From positions 515,918 to 579,917 of the forward strand of contig NZ_OZ250143.1 in assembly GCF_965237495.1 (NCBI RefSeq): 64,000 nucleotides of DNA, read 5' to 3'. This stretch comes from Candidatus Palauibacter sp. (GTDB taxonomy: Bacteria; Gemmatimonadota; Gemmatimonadetes; Palauibacterales; Palauibacteraceae). Positions 1 to 10,157 of this stretch are shown here, piece by piece (the stretch's first letter is position 1; each line of letters begins with the position of its first letter). The position numbers and the translations under genes are program-made. The notes beneath the pieces are model-generated. The model was not told where the DNA came from and made no database searches. It was given only the letters and a program-made list of their open reading frames with translations.

Positions 1-287
1 ACCGATTGGCCCCGCGCGGGGCGAGGGCGATGACTGCTTACCTGCTCAGAACCTTTCGCTGTGGCGATCGTAAGCCATCGCTCAAGGAATTGGTCCCGGG
101 TCATACCCCGGCCATCGTCACGCAAAATGAACAGCTCAGCGCTCCGATAATAGTCGACCTCCACCCGGGTGGCGTACGCATCGTGAGCGTTCTTGAACAG
201 CTCGCTGATTGCGGTGGGGATCCCCGCGATTTGCTGTCTGCCCAGCATGTCCAGGGTTCTGGCCCGAGCCTTGAACGTCGCTTCCAT
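1..287 (-). CDS. GHKL (HATPase_c_3/MORC-like) ATPase, N-terminal part; runs off window start
   Basis: Hand translation from ATG at 287: MEATFKARARTLDMLGRQQIAGIPTAISELFKNAHDAYATRVEVDYYRSAELFILRDDGRGMTRDQFLERWLTIAT; GHKL motif I (ELxKNAxDA) and motif II (DDGxGM); starts 5 bp after the methyltransferase stop; absent from the ORF track because there is no stop in the window. Confidence 0.88.
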   Translation of the reverse strand, partial: MEATFKARARTLDMLGRQQIAGIPTAISELFKNAHDAYATRVEVDYYRSAELFILRDDGRGMTRDQFLERWLTIATAKGSEQVSSHRPRPARGQS

Positions 288-292
288 GGCAG

Positions 293-1393
293 TCAGAGGA
301 GTCCGGCGTCCGCTAGGTGCTCGTTCATATGGTGGCCGAAGACGGTCGCAAGCCTGACGGGCACTGCATTCCCGATCTGGCGGGCCATCGAGCTAAGGCT
401 TCCGTCGAACTCGTAATCCATCGGGAACGTCTGCAGGCAGGCGGCTTCGCGAACGCTGATCGCGCGGTCCTGCTGGGGGTGGCCGAAGCGGCCGTTCGAG
501 TAGCTGATGCAGCGCGTCGTCAACCCCGATGCGGGGCGGTCCCAGGACATGCGGCCGTAGACATCACTGTACCCGTTGGACCGGCGGTGGCACTCAAGCC
601 GGAGACCGTCGGGCCAGTCGCGGTTACCCCCTCCCTCAGGCGTCGCGCGGATACGCCGAAGGTTGCGTTCGGAAAGCCTGGCGGCACGGTGATCCGGCAC
701 ATCTGGGTGCGTCTGCCCTGCGGCGATCTCTGGAAGTTCCTCGATCCAGTCCCGCACGGTGTCGTACTTGGGGTTGTCGGTCTCGGGGCCGTGGGACTTG
801 GGAGGCAGTTCCAGTGGCCCGTGTCGGCTCGCAAGCAACAGCAGTCTGCGACGGCTCTGTGGGACTCCGTACTTCTTGAGCGACACGGCCCCGTACGCTG
901 GCTCGCAATAGCCAGCCTCCCGGAGTCCGCGCACGAATCCGCTTAGCGGCTCGGCGTCGCGCCTTGGGTTCTGGATTCCCGGTACGTTCTCGACGAAGAC
1001 GATGTCCGGCTCGCATCGCCGAATGAACCGCAGGAACTCCAGCAGCAACGGGACCCGGTCATCCTTGTCTGGTTCGGGGCGGGATGTGTTCTGTTTGGTG
1101 AACGGCTGGCACGGCGCACATCCGCAGAACAAGACCGGCTGGGATCTCTGAGTTCGGACGAGGCCGTGGACCATATCCACGTTCGTCTCTCGGATGTCGG
1201 CGTGCTCGAAATGAGCGGACGGAAAATTCTTCTCGAAGGTGCTCTTGGCGTCGGCGTCGGCATCGAGGGCGAACACCACCTCCAACCCGGCGTTCTGGAA
1301 GCCCCGGCTGGCCCCGCCGCAACCCGAGAAGAAGTCGAATACCTTGACTCCGGGGAGGGAATCGACCTCCAAGCTCTCGCTGCATGAGTTCAT
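293..1393 (-). CDS. dcm: DNA (cytosine-5) methyltransferase
   Basis: Motifs FFSGCGG (I), PCQ (IV), ENV (VI), QSRRR (VIII), RAISVREAACLQTFP (IX), QIGNAV (X); start placed at ATG 1393 (MNSCSES), upstream extension of the ORF looks non-coding. Confidence 0.93.
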   Translation of the reverse strand: MNSCSESLEVDSLPGVKVFDFFSGCGGASRGFQNAGLEVVFALDADADAKSTFEKNFPSAHFEHADIRETNVDMVHGLVRTQRSQPVLFCGCAPCQPFTKQNTSRPEPDKDDRVPLLLEFLRFIRRCEPDIVFVENVPGIQNPRRDAEPLSGFVRGLREAGYCEPAYGAVSLKKYGVPQSRRRLLLLASRHGPLELPPKSHGPETDNPKYDTVRDWIEELPEIAAGQTHPDVPDHRAARLSERNLRRIRATPEGGGNRDWPDGLRLECHRRSNGYSDVYGRMSWDRPASGLTTRCISYSNGRFGHPQQDRAISVREAACLQTFPMDYEFDGSLSSMARQIGNAVPVRLATVFGHHMNEHLADAGLL

Positions 1394-3439
1394 TTCGGGG
1401 TGGCATCTCCGCTGGACCGTGGCGGATTGCCGGAGATGAAAGACGCCGAGATGGGCTTGCGGTCGAACTCCAACCGGAACCGCCACCAACTCCAACCCTG
1501 CCCCGAACTTCCCCTGCCCGAACCCGCCGTTGCCTCGCACCGTGACGGTAAGTCCGCCCGCACGCGGGGTCAACCGGAACTCCGAATCGCGGTCGCTGGT
1601 TGGCGGATTGCCTTGCGGGGCGTTCTGCGGCAAACTCCGTGCCATGCAACGCAACGTATGGAGCCCAGCGAGTTCCTGTCGTTCGATTCCGCCGGACCGG
1701 GCGCGGTAGACTGGTGCGTACGCCGTTCCACATCCGGTGGGCGCCAGCGAACGCCCCGGAGGAGGGTTCCCCGCCGCCGCCGGAGCAGGCCCGGTTCCAG
1801 GAGCTCCTGCGCGAGTTGTTCCAGTTCGACTGCGCGGATCTGGATTTCGGCATCTACCGGGTCATGAACCACAAGCGGGAGGTCATCGACCGCTACATCG
1901 ATCGGGAGCTGCCGGGCGCCATCGAGGAAGCCGTGAGCCAGGGGGGGCTCGAGACCGAGGCGAGGCGCGCCGACACCTTCGAGGAAACGCGAGCCAGCGT
2001 GATCGAGGTCTTCGGGGAAGATGTGCTCGCACCCGACGGAACGCTACTCCAGTATGAGGAGACCCCGCTCGGACAGAAGTACATGCTGTGGCGTGCGCGG
2101 GCCCGCCACTCCGAGTCCGCCGGGGACGTGCGGCGCGACATCTACAACCACCTGTACGCCTTCTTCAGCCGGTACTACCAGGACGGCGATTTCGTTCCGA
2201 AGCGGCGCTACTCGTGGGAGCACCCCTACGTCGTCCCCTACAAGGGCGAGGAAGTTCATTTCCACTGGGCCAACCGCGACCAGTACTACGTGAAGGCGGC
2301 GGAGCACTTCAAGGATTACACCTACCGGACTCCATCGGGAATCTCCGTCCGCTTCTTCCTGCGCTCAGCGCACGTCGAGCGGGACGACGTTAAGGGCAAG
2401 AAACGGCTCTTTTTCCCCCTGCCGAACGCTGCGGTCTGGGACGGGGATCGCCGATTGCTGGACCTGCCGTTCGATTATCGCCCGCTGACTTCGGCCGAGG
2501 CGAAGCACTTCGGAAGGAAGGGACAGCAGGAAGCCATTCTGGAGCGCGCCGAAGCGACCGTTGCCGACGCGCTCGCCGCGATGCCGGAGGCGGCGCTGGC
2601 GCTGCTCGACAAGACAGCGGTGAGTGAAGACGACGCCGCGCCGACCCTGTTCGCGCACCACGCACAGCGATTTGCTCGAAAGGTTACGTCGGACTACTTC
2701 ATTCACCGTGATCTGAAGGCGTTCCTCGGCCGGGAGCTGGACTACTATCTCAAGTCGGAGGTTCTGGGTCTCGGCACGCTCGAAGCTGGGGGCGAGACGA
2801 GGGCCGACGCCTGGCTGGACAAGATGCGCGTTATCCGCGAGGTGGGCGGAAACATCATCGACTTCCTCGCTCAGATCGAAGGCTTCCAGAAGATGCTCTG
2901 GGAGAAGCGGAAGTTCGTCGTGGCCGTGCAGTACTGCGTGGCCGTCCGACTGCTTCCCGAGGAGCTTCGGTCCCGCGTCCTGGAGTGCGACGCGCAATGG
3001 GACGAGTGGTGCTCCCTGGGCTGCATCGTGGACGACGACTCCCTGTTCGCAGCGGGTGAAGATCCGATTGCCCGCGGCGACTTCTTGGAACGCAATCCGG
3101 GGATTCTCCTCGACACCCGACACTTCGACTTGGCATTTGTTGACGATCTGCTGGTGGCGCTCGACGACATCGACGAGAAGACGGACGGCGTGGTCGTAAA
3201 GAGCGAGAACTGGCAGGCGCTGGATCTGCTGGAGGAGCGGTACGGGGGACAAGTTGATTGCATTTACATTGACCCACCGTACAACACGGGCAACGATGGC
3301 TTCATCTATAAGGACCAATACTGGAGCTGTCCCGCTTTCACGGACGGTTAGTTTCTGTGGTTGATCGTCTCCGGTGTTGCTCCTTTCAGTCCCTCTCAGG
3401 CGCTCGGGAGAGGTTCCGGGTGTACGCCTCCGGTGCGCC

Positions 3440-4288
3440 TCAGGCCGCATGGTTCCTCTCGTAGTTGGCCGGCGACTCGTAGCCGAGGGCGGAGTGAAGC
3501 CTGCGCGTGTTGTAGAAGCCTTCGATGAAGCCGAAGACCTCTCGCCGTGCCTCGGCCGCGGTGCGGAACGAGCGCCGCCAGATCAGCTCGCACTCCAGCG
3601 TCGCGAAGAAGCTCTCGCACATGGCGTTGTCGTAGGCGTCGCCCACCGAGCCCATGGACCGCGCGATGCCCGACGCGCGGCAGCGCTCCCCGAAGGCGAG
3701 CGAGGTGTACTGCGAGCCTCGATCCGAGTGATGAACGACGCGCCCTTCGGGGCGGCGCCGCGCGAGGGCCATCGCCAGCGCGGCCTCGACCAGCTCGGTC
3801 CGCATGTGCGTCGCCATGGCCCAGCCGACGACGCGGCGGCTCCAGACATCGAGCACGACGGCCAGATACAGCCAACCCGCCCATGTGGGCACGTACGTGA
3901 TGTCGGCCACCCACAGCCGGTCGGGCCCCGAGGCCGAGAAGTCCCGCCTCACCAGGTCCGGCGCGGGCCGGGCCTCGGTGTCCATCTTCGTCGTCGCCGT
4001 CTTGAAGCGCCTCCTGGTCGCGCCCTCGATCCCCATCGCCCTCATCAGCCGCCCCACGCGCTTCTGGCCCACCCGCTCGCCCTCGGCCCTGAGAACCGCG
4101 TGGATCCGCGGACGACCGTACGTCTCGCCGCTGCCGGTCCAGATGGCCTGGATCTTGTCTTGAAGTTCGTCGTCCCGCCGCGCCCGCGCCGAGGCAGGAC
4201 GCTTCAGCCAGGCGTAGTAGCCGCTGGGGGAGAGACCCAGCACCCGGCACATGGCCGCCAGAGGAAACTCGGCCCGGTGCGCCTTCAT
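3440..4288 (-). CDS. IS3 transposase OrfB (DDE/rve)
   Basis: WVADITY, HHSDRGSQY, DNAMCESFF, YNTRRLHSALGY; ATGA overlap with orfA. Confidence 0.95.
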   Translation of the reverse strand: MKAHRAEFPLAAMCRVLGLSPSGYYAWLKRPASARARRDDELQDKIQAIWTGSGETYGRPRIHAVLRAEGERVGQKRVGRLMRAMGIEGATRRRFKTATTKMDTEARPAPDLVRRDFSASGPDRLWVADITYVPTWAGWLYLAVVLDVWSRRVVGWAMATHMRTELVEAALAMALARRRPEGRVVHHSDRGSQYTSLAFGERCRASGIARSMGSVGDAYDNAMCESFFATLECELIWRRSFRTAAEARREVFGFIEGFYNTRRLHSALGYESPANYERNHAA

Positions 4289-4599
4289 GAACGCGTACCC
4301 CCGCCGGGGATCGCTCCGCTCTCCCTCGCGAACCAGGCCGCGGCTCTTTTTAGGATGTCACGCTCCATCCGGAGCCGCTTGTTCTCCCGCTTCAGACGCG
4401 ACATCTCCTTCCCCGTCTCCGTCGTCAGACCGTCTCTCCGCTCTCCCTCGTCCAGCTCCCCCTGTCTGACCCAGTTGCGGATCGTCTGCTCCGAGGGCTC
4501 GAACTCCCGCGCCAGCGACCCCGCGCTACGACCGGCACGCGCGAGTTCCACCAGCCGCTCGCGGTACTCCGGCGGATACCGCCCCGCTCTTCCCGCCAC
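4285..4599 (-). CDS. IS3 transposase OrfA (HTH + zipper)
   Basis: GTG 4599 after GGAGG; YPPEYRERLVEL...LAREFEPSEQTIRNWV...RLKRENKRLRMERDILKRAAAWFA. Confidence 0.92.
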   Translation of the reverse strand: MAGRAGRYPPEYRERLVELARAGRSAGSLAREFEPSEQTIRNWVRQGELDEGERRDGLTTETGKEMSRLKRENKRLRMERDILKRAAAWFARESGAIPGGGTRS

Positions 4600-6224
4600 G
4601 ATACACCTCCTTGGTTCCCCAATGGAAAGGTGTCCGTGAAAGCGGGGCAACTCCAATACCAGCACTCGAGCTGGGCGTCGATGGTCAGCCAGGCGGTCAA
4701 CCGTTCCGTGGCTTACGGTTCGCATCGCTCCGCCATCTTCGCGTCGATCGACGAGGGAGAACAGCCGATCTTTCGTTTTCTCCTCGATGCCAGTTGGGGT
4801 TCACACAATCATGTGGCGGACATGGTGTGGGCCTCGGGCCGCAAGAACGACTCGCGGCTCATCTCGGTATCGCACGAATACATCTTGGTGTACGCCCGTG
4901 ATCGCGAATCCCTCCGTACTCATGGGATCCGTTGGCGACAGCGGAAACCCGGCCTCGACGACATCTACGCCTGCCACAAGAGGCTAAAGCGGCGGCACGG
5001 TGACGACTACGCTGCGATCGAGCGTGACCTGAAGGAGTGGTTCCGCAGCCTACCGGGCTCCCATCCGGCCCGAAGGCAGAAACACTACAACCGCGTGGAC
5101 GCACGCGGCGTTTATTTCCCCGACAACATTTCGTGGCCGGGGACCGGCGGTCCGCGGTACGACGTGATCCATCCCGTGACGGAAAAGCCGACAAAGGTGC
5201 CAGCGGCAGGGTGGCGACTCAAAGAGGAAACGATGAAGCGGTGGATTGCGGAGGATCGGATCCATTTCGGCGAGGATGAACACAGCGTGCCCAAACGGAA
5301 GTCGTATCTGCGCGAGCACGAGCACGAGGTACCGTATAGCGTGTTCTACCAGGATGGCCGCGCCGCCACGAAGCGGCTACGTGCCGTGTTGGGTACGGAC
5401 GACGTGAGCTACCCGAAGGACGAGACCGTCATAGCGGAGTGCATTGAAATGGCGGCGGGCGCGGGAAGCACGATTCTCGACTACTTCGCCGGATCTGGTA
5501 CGACCGGCCATGCCGCGATCAACCTCAATCGTGAGGACGGGGGACGACGCAAGTTCATTCTGGTGGAGATGGGACACCGGTTCGACACCGAGATCATGCC
5601 GCGGCTCAAGAAGGTGGCGTTCTCCCCGGAGTGGCGGAACGGGGCCGCGAAGCGGGAGGCCACGGCGGAGGAGTCCGAGCGCGGCCCGCGGATCATCAAG
5701 TACTTCCGTCTGGAGAGCTACGAGGACGCGCTGAACAACATCGAGTTCGAGGAGGTGGAGGAGAGCCTGTTCGAGCTGGAGGACTACCTGCTGCGCTACA
5801 TGCTCCAGTGGGAGACCAAGGCGAGCGCGACCCTGCTCAACGTCGCGGCGTTCGCGCGGCCGTTCGACTACAAGCTGCGGCTGGGCGGGAACGGTGATGG
5901 CGCGGACGAGACCGTGGATCTCGCCGAGACGTTCAACTACCTGCTCGGCCTAAAGGTGCATGCGCGCCGGACATACGACGACGACGGGCGCCGCTATCTG
6001 GTCTACGCGGGGGAGACGTGGGACGGCAGCTCTGCGGTTATCATCTGGCGCGACACGGAGGGATGGACGGCGGAGGACCGGGAGCGGGACCGGGATTTCG
6101 TGGCGAGGCACGACATGACGGCGGGTGCCGACGAGATCTGGATGAACGGGGACTCCATGGTAAAGGACGCGCGGCCGCTGGACGCGCTATTCAAACAGCG
6201 CATGTTCGCGTCCGCAGACGGCTG

Positions 6225-9200
6225 ATGACCCCCGGCCGCCCCGGCACCATGCTCCGCCGCCTCGAGGCGGAACTCCTGCTGTTGGGCTGGGCGAACCGGC
6301 AGTTCGGGTTCGAGACCAACCAAGCGCTCTTTGACGCCTTGAAGGATGCTCACGAGGGGTACGAGGACGGCCGCAGCCATGTCGCGCGCATGCTTCTGAG
6401 CCGGGAGCGCCTGATGGTTCCCGCGGACGACCTGGCCCGCTACGACGACAACGTGCGCCGCCATCTCGACTCCATAAACAAGGGACGGCGCGAGCCCATC
6501 ACCCTGCGGTATTTCCAGCAACTCGCGGCGCTGTACGCGGAACTCTTCTTGGCCCGGCGCGCTGCGTCCCCCGAAGCCCTCGCACGGCAGCTCCACCGGT
6601 ACGTCCGGGAGAAGGTCCACGGCCTGGGCACCTCCTACCCGGTGCGGGAGATCACTCCGGACGACCTGAACAAGCTCGCGTTCTGGATGGCGACGGGGAG
6701 CGGCAAGACGCTCATCATGCACCTCAACTACCTCCAGTTCCTGCACTACGGCGGGGCGGAGGGCCTGGACAACATCATCCTCATCACGCCCAACGAGGGG
6801 CTGAGCGCCCAGCACATGGAGGAAATGACCACGTCCGGCATCCCGTCGGCGCGTCTCGGCGAGGCCGGGCTGCTGGCGGGCGGCCGCTGCACCGTGCGGG
6901 TGACCGAGATCACCAAGCTTGTCGACAAGCGCCGCGGAAAGGGGACGGGTGTCAGCATCGAGGTCGAGGCGTTCGGCGACCGCAACCTCGTGTTCGTGGA
7001 CGAGGGCCACCGGGGCGCGAGCGGGGAGGCGTGGCGAGCGGTGCGCGACGCCGTGGCCGCGCGCGGCTTCACCTTCGAGTACAGCGCCACCTTCGGGCAG
7101 GCGCTGGCGGCGGCGCGCGACAACCAACTCACCCTCGACTACGGCAAGTCGATCCTCTTCGACTATTCGTACCCGTATTTTCACCGGGACGGGTTCGGCA
7201 AGGACTTCCGCGTCCTCAACGTGTCCGGCAAGGACCCGCCGCCAGAGCTGGCCGACCACCTCCTTTTCGGCAACCTCCTCTCCTTCTACGAGCAGCTCCG
7301 CGCCTATCGCGAGAACGCCGCCGAGCTGCGCGCCTACAATCTGGAGCAGCCGCTGTGGGTGTTCGTCGGCAAGAGTGTGAACGCGGTCTATAGACGTCGC
7401 GGGCGTGACACGAGCGACGTGCTCGCCGTGCAACTCTTCCTCCACCGCGTGCTCAACGAGCCCGACTGGGCGCGGGAGACGATCGGGAAGCTGCTGCGCG
7501 GCGAGTCGGGGCTGTACGCGGCGTGGAACGTGGACCTGTTTGCGGACCGCTTCAACGAGTTGGCGAAGCTCGGGGAGTCCCCGGATCGGATCTACGCCGA
7601 CATCCTCCGCACCGTGTTCCACGCCGATGGCCCCGGCGGGCTGCGCCTGTGCGACATCCGGGGCGCGCCCGGCGAACTCGGCCTCAAGGCGTCCGGGTCG
7701 GACGACTACTTCGGCCTCACCTACATCGGAGACACGGCGAAGTTCAAGCGGCTGGCACGGGAGGCAGAGGCGGGGATCATCTTCGAGGAGGACGCGGTCG
7801 GCGGCTCGATGTTCGGCCGGGTCAACGAGGCCGGGGCCACGGTCAACGTCCTCATCGGCGCCAAGAAGTTCGTCGAGGGCTGGAACTCATGGCGCGTGTC
7901 GAACATGGGCCTCATGAAGGTGGGACAGGCGGAGGGCTCCGAGATCATCCAGCTCTTCGGCCGCGGCGTGCGGCTCAAGGGCAGGGGGATGTCCCTCAAG
8001 CGGAGCACCTATCTGGAGGGTCCGCACCCGGACAAGGTGGGGCTCCTGGAGACGCTCAACATCTTCGCCGTGCGCGCCGACTACATGAAGAAGTTCCGGA
8101 CCTATCTGGAGCGCGAGGGACTCGAGGCGCGGGACAGCGTGACGCTGCGCGTGCCAGTCCGGGCCAACGAGGAGTTCCTGGGCCGGGGGCTCGTGGTTCC
8201 GGCCCTCCCGGAAGGAACCGACTTCGAGACGGAGGCGAACTTCGCGCTCGGTGCCGGCGCCGGGCTTCCGGTGCAGATCGACCGCGCCACGCGGGCCTCC
8301 TCGTGGGAGAGCGGTGCCCGCGGTCAGTCGGCGACGGAGGGAACGGCCGGGCACAGCCGTCCCGCCTCGGAGCTGCCGCTGGCGCTGGTGGATTGGGAAA
8401 GGGCGTACCTCGACCTCATGGAACACCGGCGGCAGAAGGGGATGCGGCCGCTGGCCGTCCCCGGGCCCGACGCGCTTCGGTCGCTCGTCGAGAGCGGGGC
8501 CGCCACGGTGTCGGCCGACGAGCATGTGTTCGAGCCCCGCAACTGGCACGACCGGGAGGACCTGCAAGCGATCGTGCACGCGGTGCTCCGGCGAACCGCG
8601 GACCGGTGCTGGCAGACCGAGCGGCGGACGTGGGAGGCCGAGCGCATGAAGTACCGCGAGGTGGACGCCGCCGATCCCAACCTTCTGCTGAACGTCGACC
8701 CCGAGGCGGCCAGCGCCTGGCCCGGCGGCCCCCAGCCTCACTATGTGGTTAGCGTCCCGCACGCCGACGCCGGTCTTCGCAACGAGCTCGTGGAACTCAT
8801 CGAACAGCGGGGCAAGCTCTACGAGCAGGAACTCGGCCCGCTCGCCCGCATCCACTTCGACCGCCACCTGTACCAGCCGCTGCTGATCGAGTCCTCGAAC
8901 GCCGACGTGAGGATCTCCCCGCCGCCGCTCAACGAGAGCGAAAAGCGGTTCGTCCGCGATCTCCGCGATTGGTGGGTGGACCGGGGCAGCGCCCTTCACC
9001 CCGGTGCGGAACTGTTTCTGCTCCGAAACCAGGGCCGGGGCTGCGGCGTGGGCTTCTCACTCGAGGGCCGCGGCTTCTACCCGGATTTCATCCTGTGGCT
9101 CATCGAGGGAGGCCACCAACGCGTCGTGTTCGTCGAACCGCACGGCATGCTCCACGCCCGCGCCTACGCCGAGGACGAAAAGGCCCGCCTACACGAGCGC

Positions 9201-9413
9201 CTATCCGCCCTCTCCGACGCTATCGCCGAGCGCAGCGGCGTCCCTGCGGGCACCGTGTCTCTCGACGCCTTCATCGTGTCCGCCACCCCCCACGCCGAAC
9301 TCCGCCCCCACTACGACGACGGCTCCTGGAGCCCCGAGGACTTCGCCAGCAAGAACATCCTCTTCCCGGACCCACGCCGCCGCTACATGGAGACCCTCCT
9401 CGCCCGTCCATAG
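6225..9413 (+). CDS. res: Type III restriction enzyme Res subunit (SF2 helicase + PD-(D/E)xK nuclease)
   Basis: MATGSGKT, DEGH, SAT, EGW, QLFGRGVR, C-terminal FYPDF...FVEPHG; TGATG overlap with mod stop. Confidence 0.93.
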   Translation: MTPGRPGTMLRRLEAELLLLGWANRQFGFETNQALFDALKDAHEGYEDGRSHVARMLLSRERLMVPADDLARYDDNVRRHLDSINKGRREPITLRYFQQLAALYAELFLARRAASPEALARQLHRYVREKVHGLGTSYPVREITPDDLNKLAFWMATGSGKTLIMHLNYLQFLHYGGAEGLDNIILITPNEGLSAQHMEEMTTSGIPSARLGEAGLLAGGRCTVRVTEITKLVDKRRGKGTGVSIEVEAFGDRNLVFVDEGHRGASGEAWRAVRDAVAARGFTFEYSATFGQALAAARDNQLTLDYGKSILFDYSYPYFHRDGFGKDFRVLNVSGKDPPPELADHLLFGNLLSFYEQLRAYRENAAELRAYNLEQPLWVFVGKSVNAVYRRRGRDTSDVLAVQLFLHRVLNEPDWARETIGKLLRGESGLYAAWNVDLFADRFNELAKLGESPDRIYADILRTVFHADGPGGLRLCDIRGAPGELGLKASGSDDYFGLTYIGDTAKFKRLAREAEAGIIFEEDAVGGSMFGRVNEAGATVNVLIGAKKFVEGWNSWRVSNMGLMKVGQAEGSEIIQLFGRGVRLKGRGMSLKRSTYLEGPHPDKVGLLETLNIFAVRADYMKKFRTYLEREGLEARDSVTLRVPVRANEEFLGRGLVVPALPEGTDFETEANFALGAGAGLPVQIDRATRASSWESGARGQSATEGTAGHSRPASELPLALVDWERAYLDLMEHRRQKGMRPLAVPGPDALRSLVESGAATVSADEHVFEPRNWHDREDLQAIVHAVLRRTADRCWQTERRTWEAERMKYREVDAADPNLLLNVDPEAASAWPGGPQPHYVVSVPHADAGLRNELVELIEQRGKLYEQELGPLARIHFDRHLYQPLLIESSNADVRISPPPLNESEKRFVRDLRDWWVDRGSALHPGAELFLLRNQGRGCGVGFSLEGRGFYPDFILWLIEGGHQRVVFVEPHGMLHARAYAEDEKARLHERLSALSDAIAERSGVPAGTVSLDAFIVSATPHAELRPHYDDGSWSPEDFASKNILFPDPRRRYMETLLARP

Positions 9414-9454
9414 TTCGGCCCGGCACGGCGCATGGCGGCGCTCAAGGCATCCCG

Positions 9455-9877
9455 TCACGAGATTCGCCAGAGCCGCAAAGTCGAGATGGCCCCGGCTCTC
9501 GCGGTGCGACGTACATATCGTTCGTCCGCCGTGACGAACACGCCCTCGAGCCCGAGCGCCGCGGAATGGTACGCCGCGTCGTAGAATGCGACTCCGTACG
9601 TCACACACAGAGACACGGCACGGCTTCTCCAGTGGGAGTCCAGCCGCGCCTCGGTAAGGCCGAAGTCGGCCAGCGATGCCAGAAGCTCGCCAGCATCATC
9701 GGGAAACCGCCTCGCCAGCGTGTTGCCCACCTCGTAGATCCAGAGCTGTGGAACGACCAGATCAAGGGTCCCGGCCACCGCTTCGTCACGCAACGCGAGC
9801 GCCGCGTCTGTATCCTGCTCGTCGTCGCCCGGAAGAACCCACTTGAGAAGAACCGACGCGTCGGGCGTTACGATCAC
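9455..9877 (-). CDS. vapC: PIN-domain VapC toxin
   Basis: DASVLLKW...YEVGN...FYDAAY...VTAD acidic PIN residues; GTGA overlap with upstream antitoxin. Confidence 0.9.
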   Translation of the reverse strand: MIVTPDASVLLKWVLPGDDEQDTDAALALRDEAVAGTLDLVVPQLWIYEVGNTLARRFPDDAGELLASLADFGLTEARLDSHWRSRAVSLCVTYGVAFYDAAYHSAALGLEGVFVTADERYVRRTARAGAISTLRLWRIS

Positions 9878-10107
9878 GGCAGCCGTTGCTCCCGCTCTTC
9901 CCGTATCCACCGGACGATCTGGTCGGTCTCGACTGCGGGCAACCGCGCGCGCAGTGCGTCCATCCGGGCGGAGGCGTCTCGCCTCCTGGAAGCACGCGAC
10001 CACTCCCGGATCGCGGCGTTGACGGCGCGGCTGCGCGTACCGCGCGGCAGCCTCTCGATGACCCGCCACGAGTCATCGTCCAGCATGATGTTGACCCTTC
10101 GCGCCAT
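9874..10107 (-). CDS. Ribbon-helix-helix type antitoxin (VapB-like)
   Basis: 77 aa, RRVNIMLDD...RSRAVNAAIREW...IVRWIREER; GGAGGAG RBS; directly upstream of PIN gene. Confidence 0.8.
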   Translation of the reverse strand: MARRVNIMLDDDSWRVIERLPRGTRSRAVNAAIREWSRASRRRDASARMDALRARLPAVETDQIVRWIREEREQRLP

Positions 10108-10128
10108 GTCGTTCTCCTCCCAGTGTCC

Positions 10129-10157
10129 CTGCGGTGTGTAATGGTTACACACCGCAG
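10129..10157. promoter_or_regulatory. Operator palindrome for the TA operon
   Basis: Perfect 13-bp inverted repeat CTGCGGTGTGTAA-TGG-TTACACACCGCAG about 20 bp upstream of antitoxin ATG, with a TTGCCA -35-like hexamer just upstream on the minus strand. Confidence 0.7.

Larger units (their letters stand above)
3322..4655 (-). mobile_element. IS3-family insertion sequence, 1334 bp
   Basis: Terminal IRs TGGAGCTGTCCCGCTTTCACGGAC / GTCCGTGAAAGCGGGGCAACTCCA (TG...CA ends); 4-bp target duplication ATAC at 3318-3321 and 4656-4659; orfA/orfB inside. Confidence 0.96.
1714..6225 (+). pseudogene. mod: Type III R-M methyltransferase (Mod), interrupted by IS3 element at 3322-4655
   Basis: N-part FQELLRELFQFDCADLDFGIYR...IYIDPPYNTG; C-part YPKDE...ILDYFAGSGTTGHA...LESYEDALNN. 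Removing the IS and one ATAC restores ...FIYKDQY-QHSSWASM in frame. Start codon uncertain (GTG 1714). Confidence 0.92.

Noticed and set aside
6-416. 136-aa plus-strand ORF
   Set aside because: Antisense shadow of the GHKL ATPase and dcm genes, which carry clear motifs
1394-1654. N-terminal extension of the dcm ORF
   Set aside because: No methyltransferase motifs; conserved sequence begins just after ATG 1393
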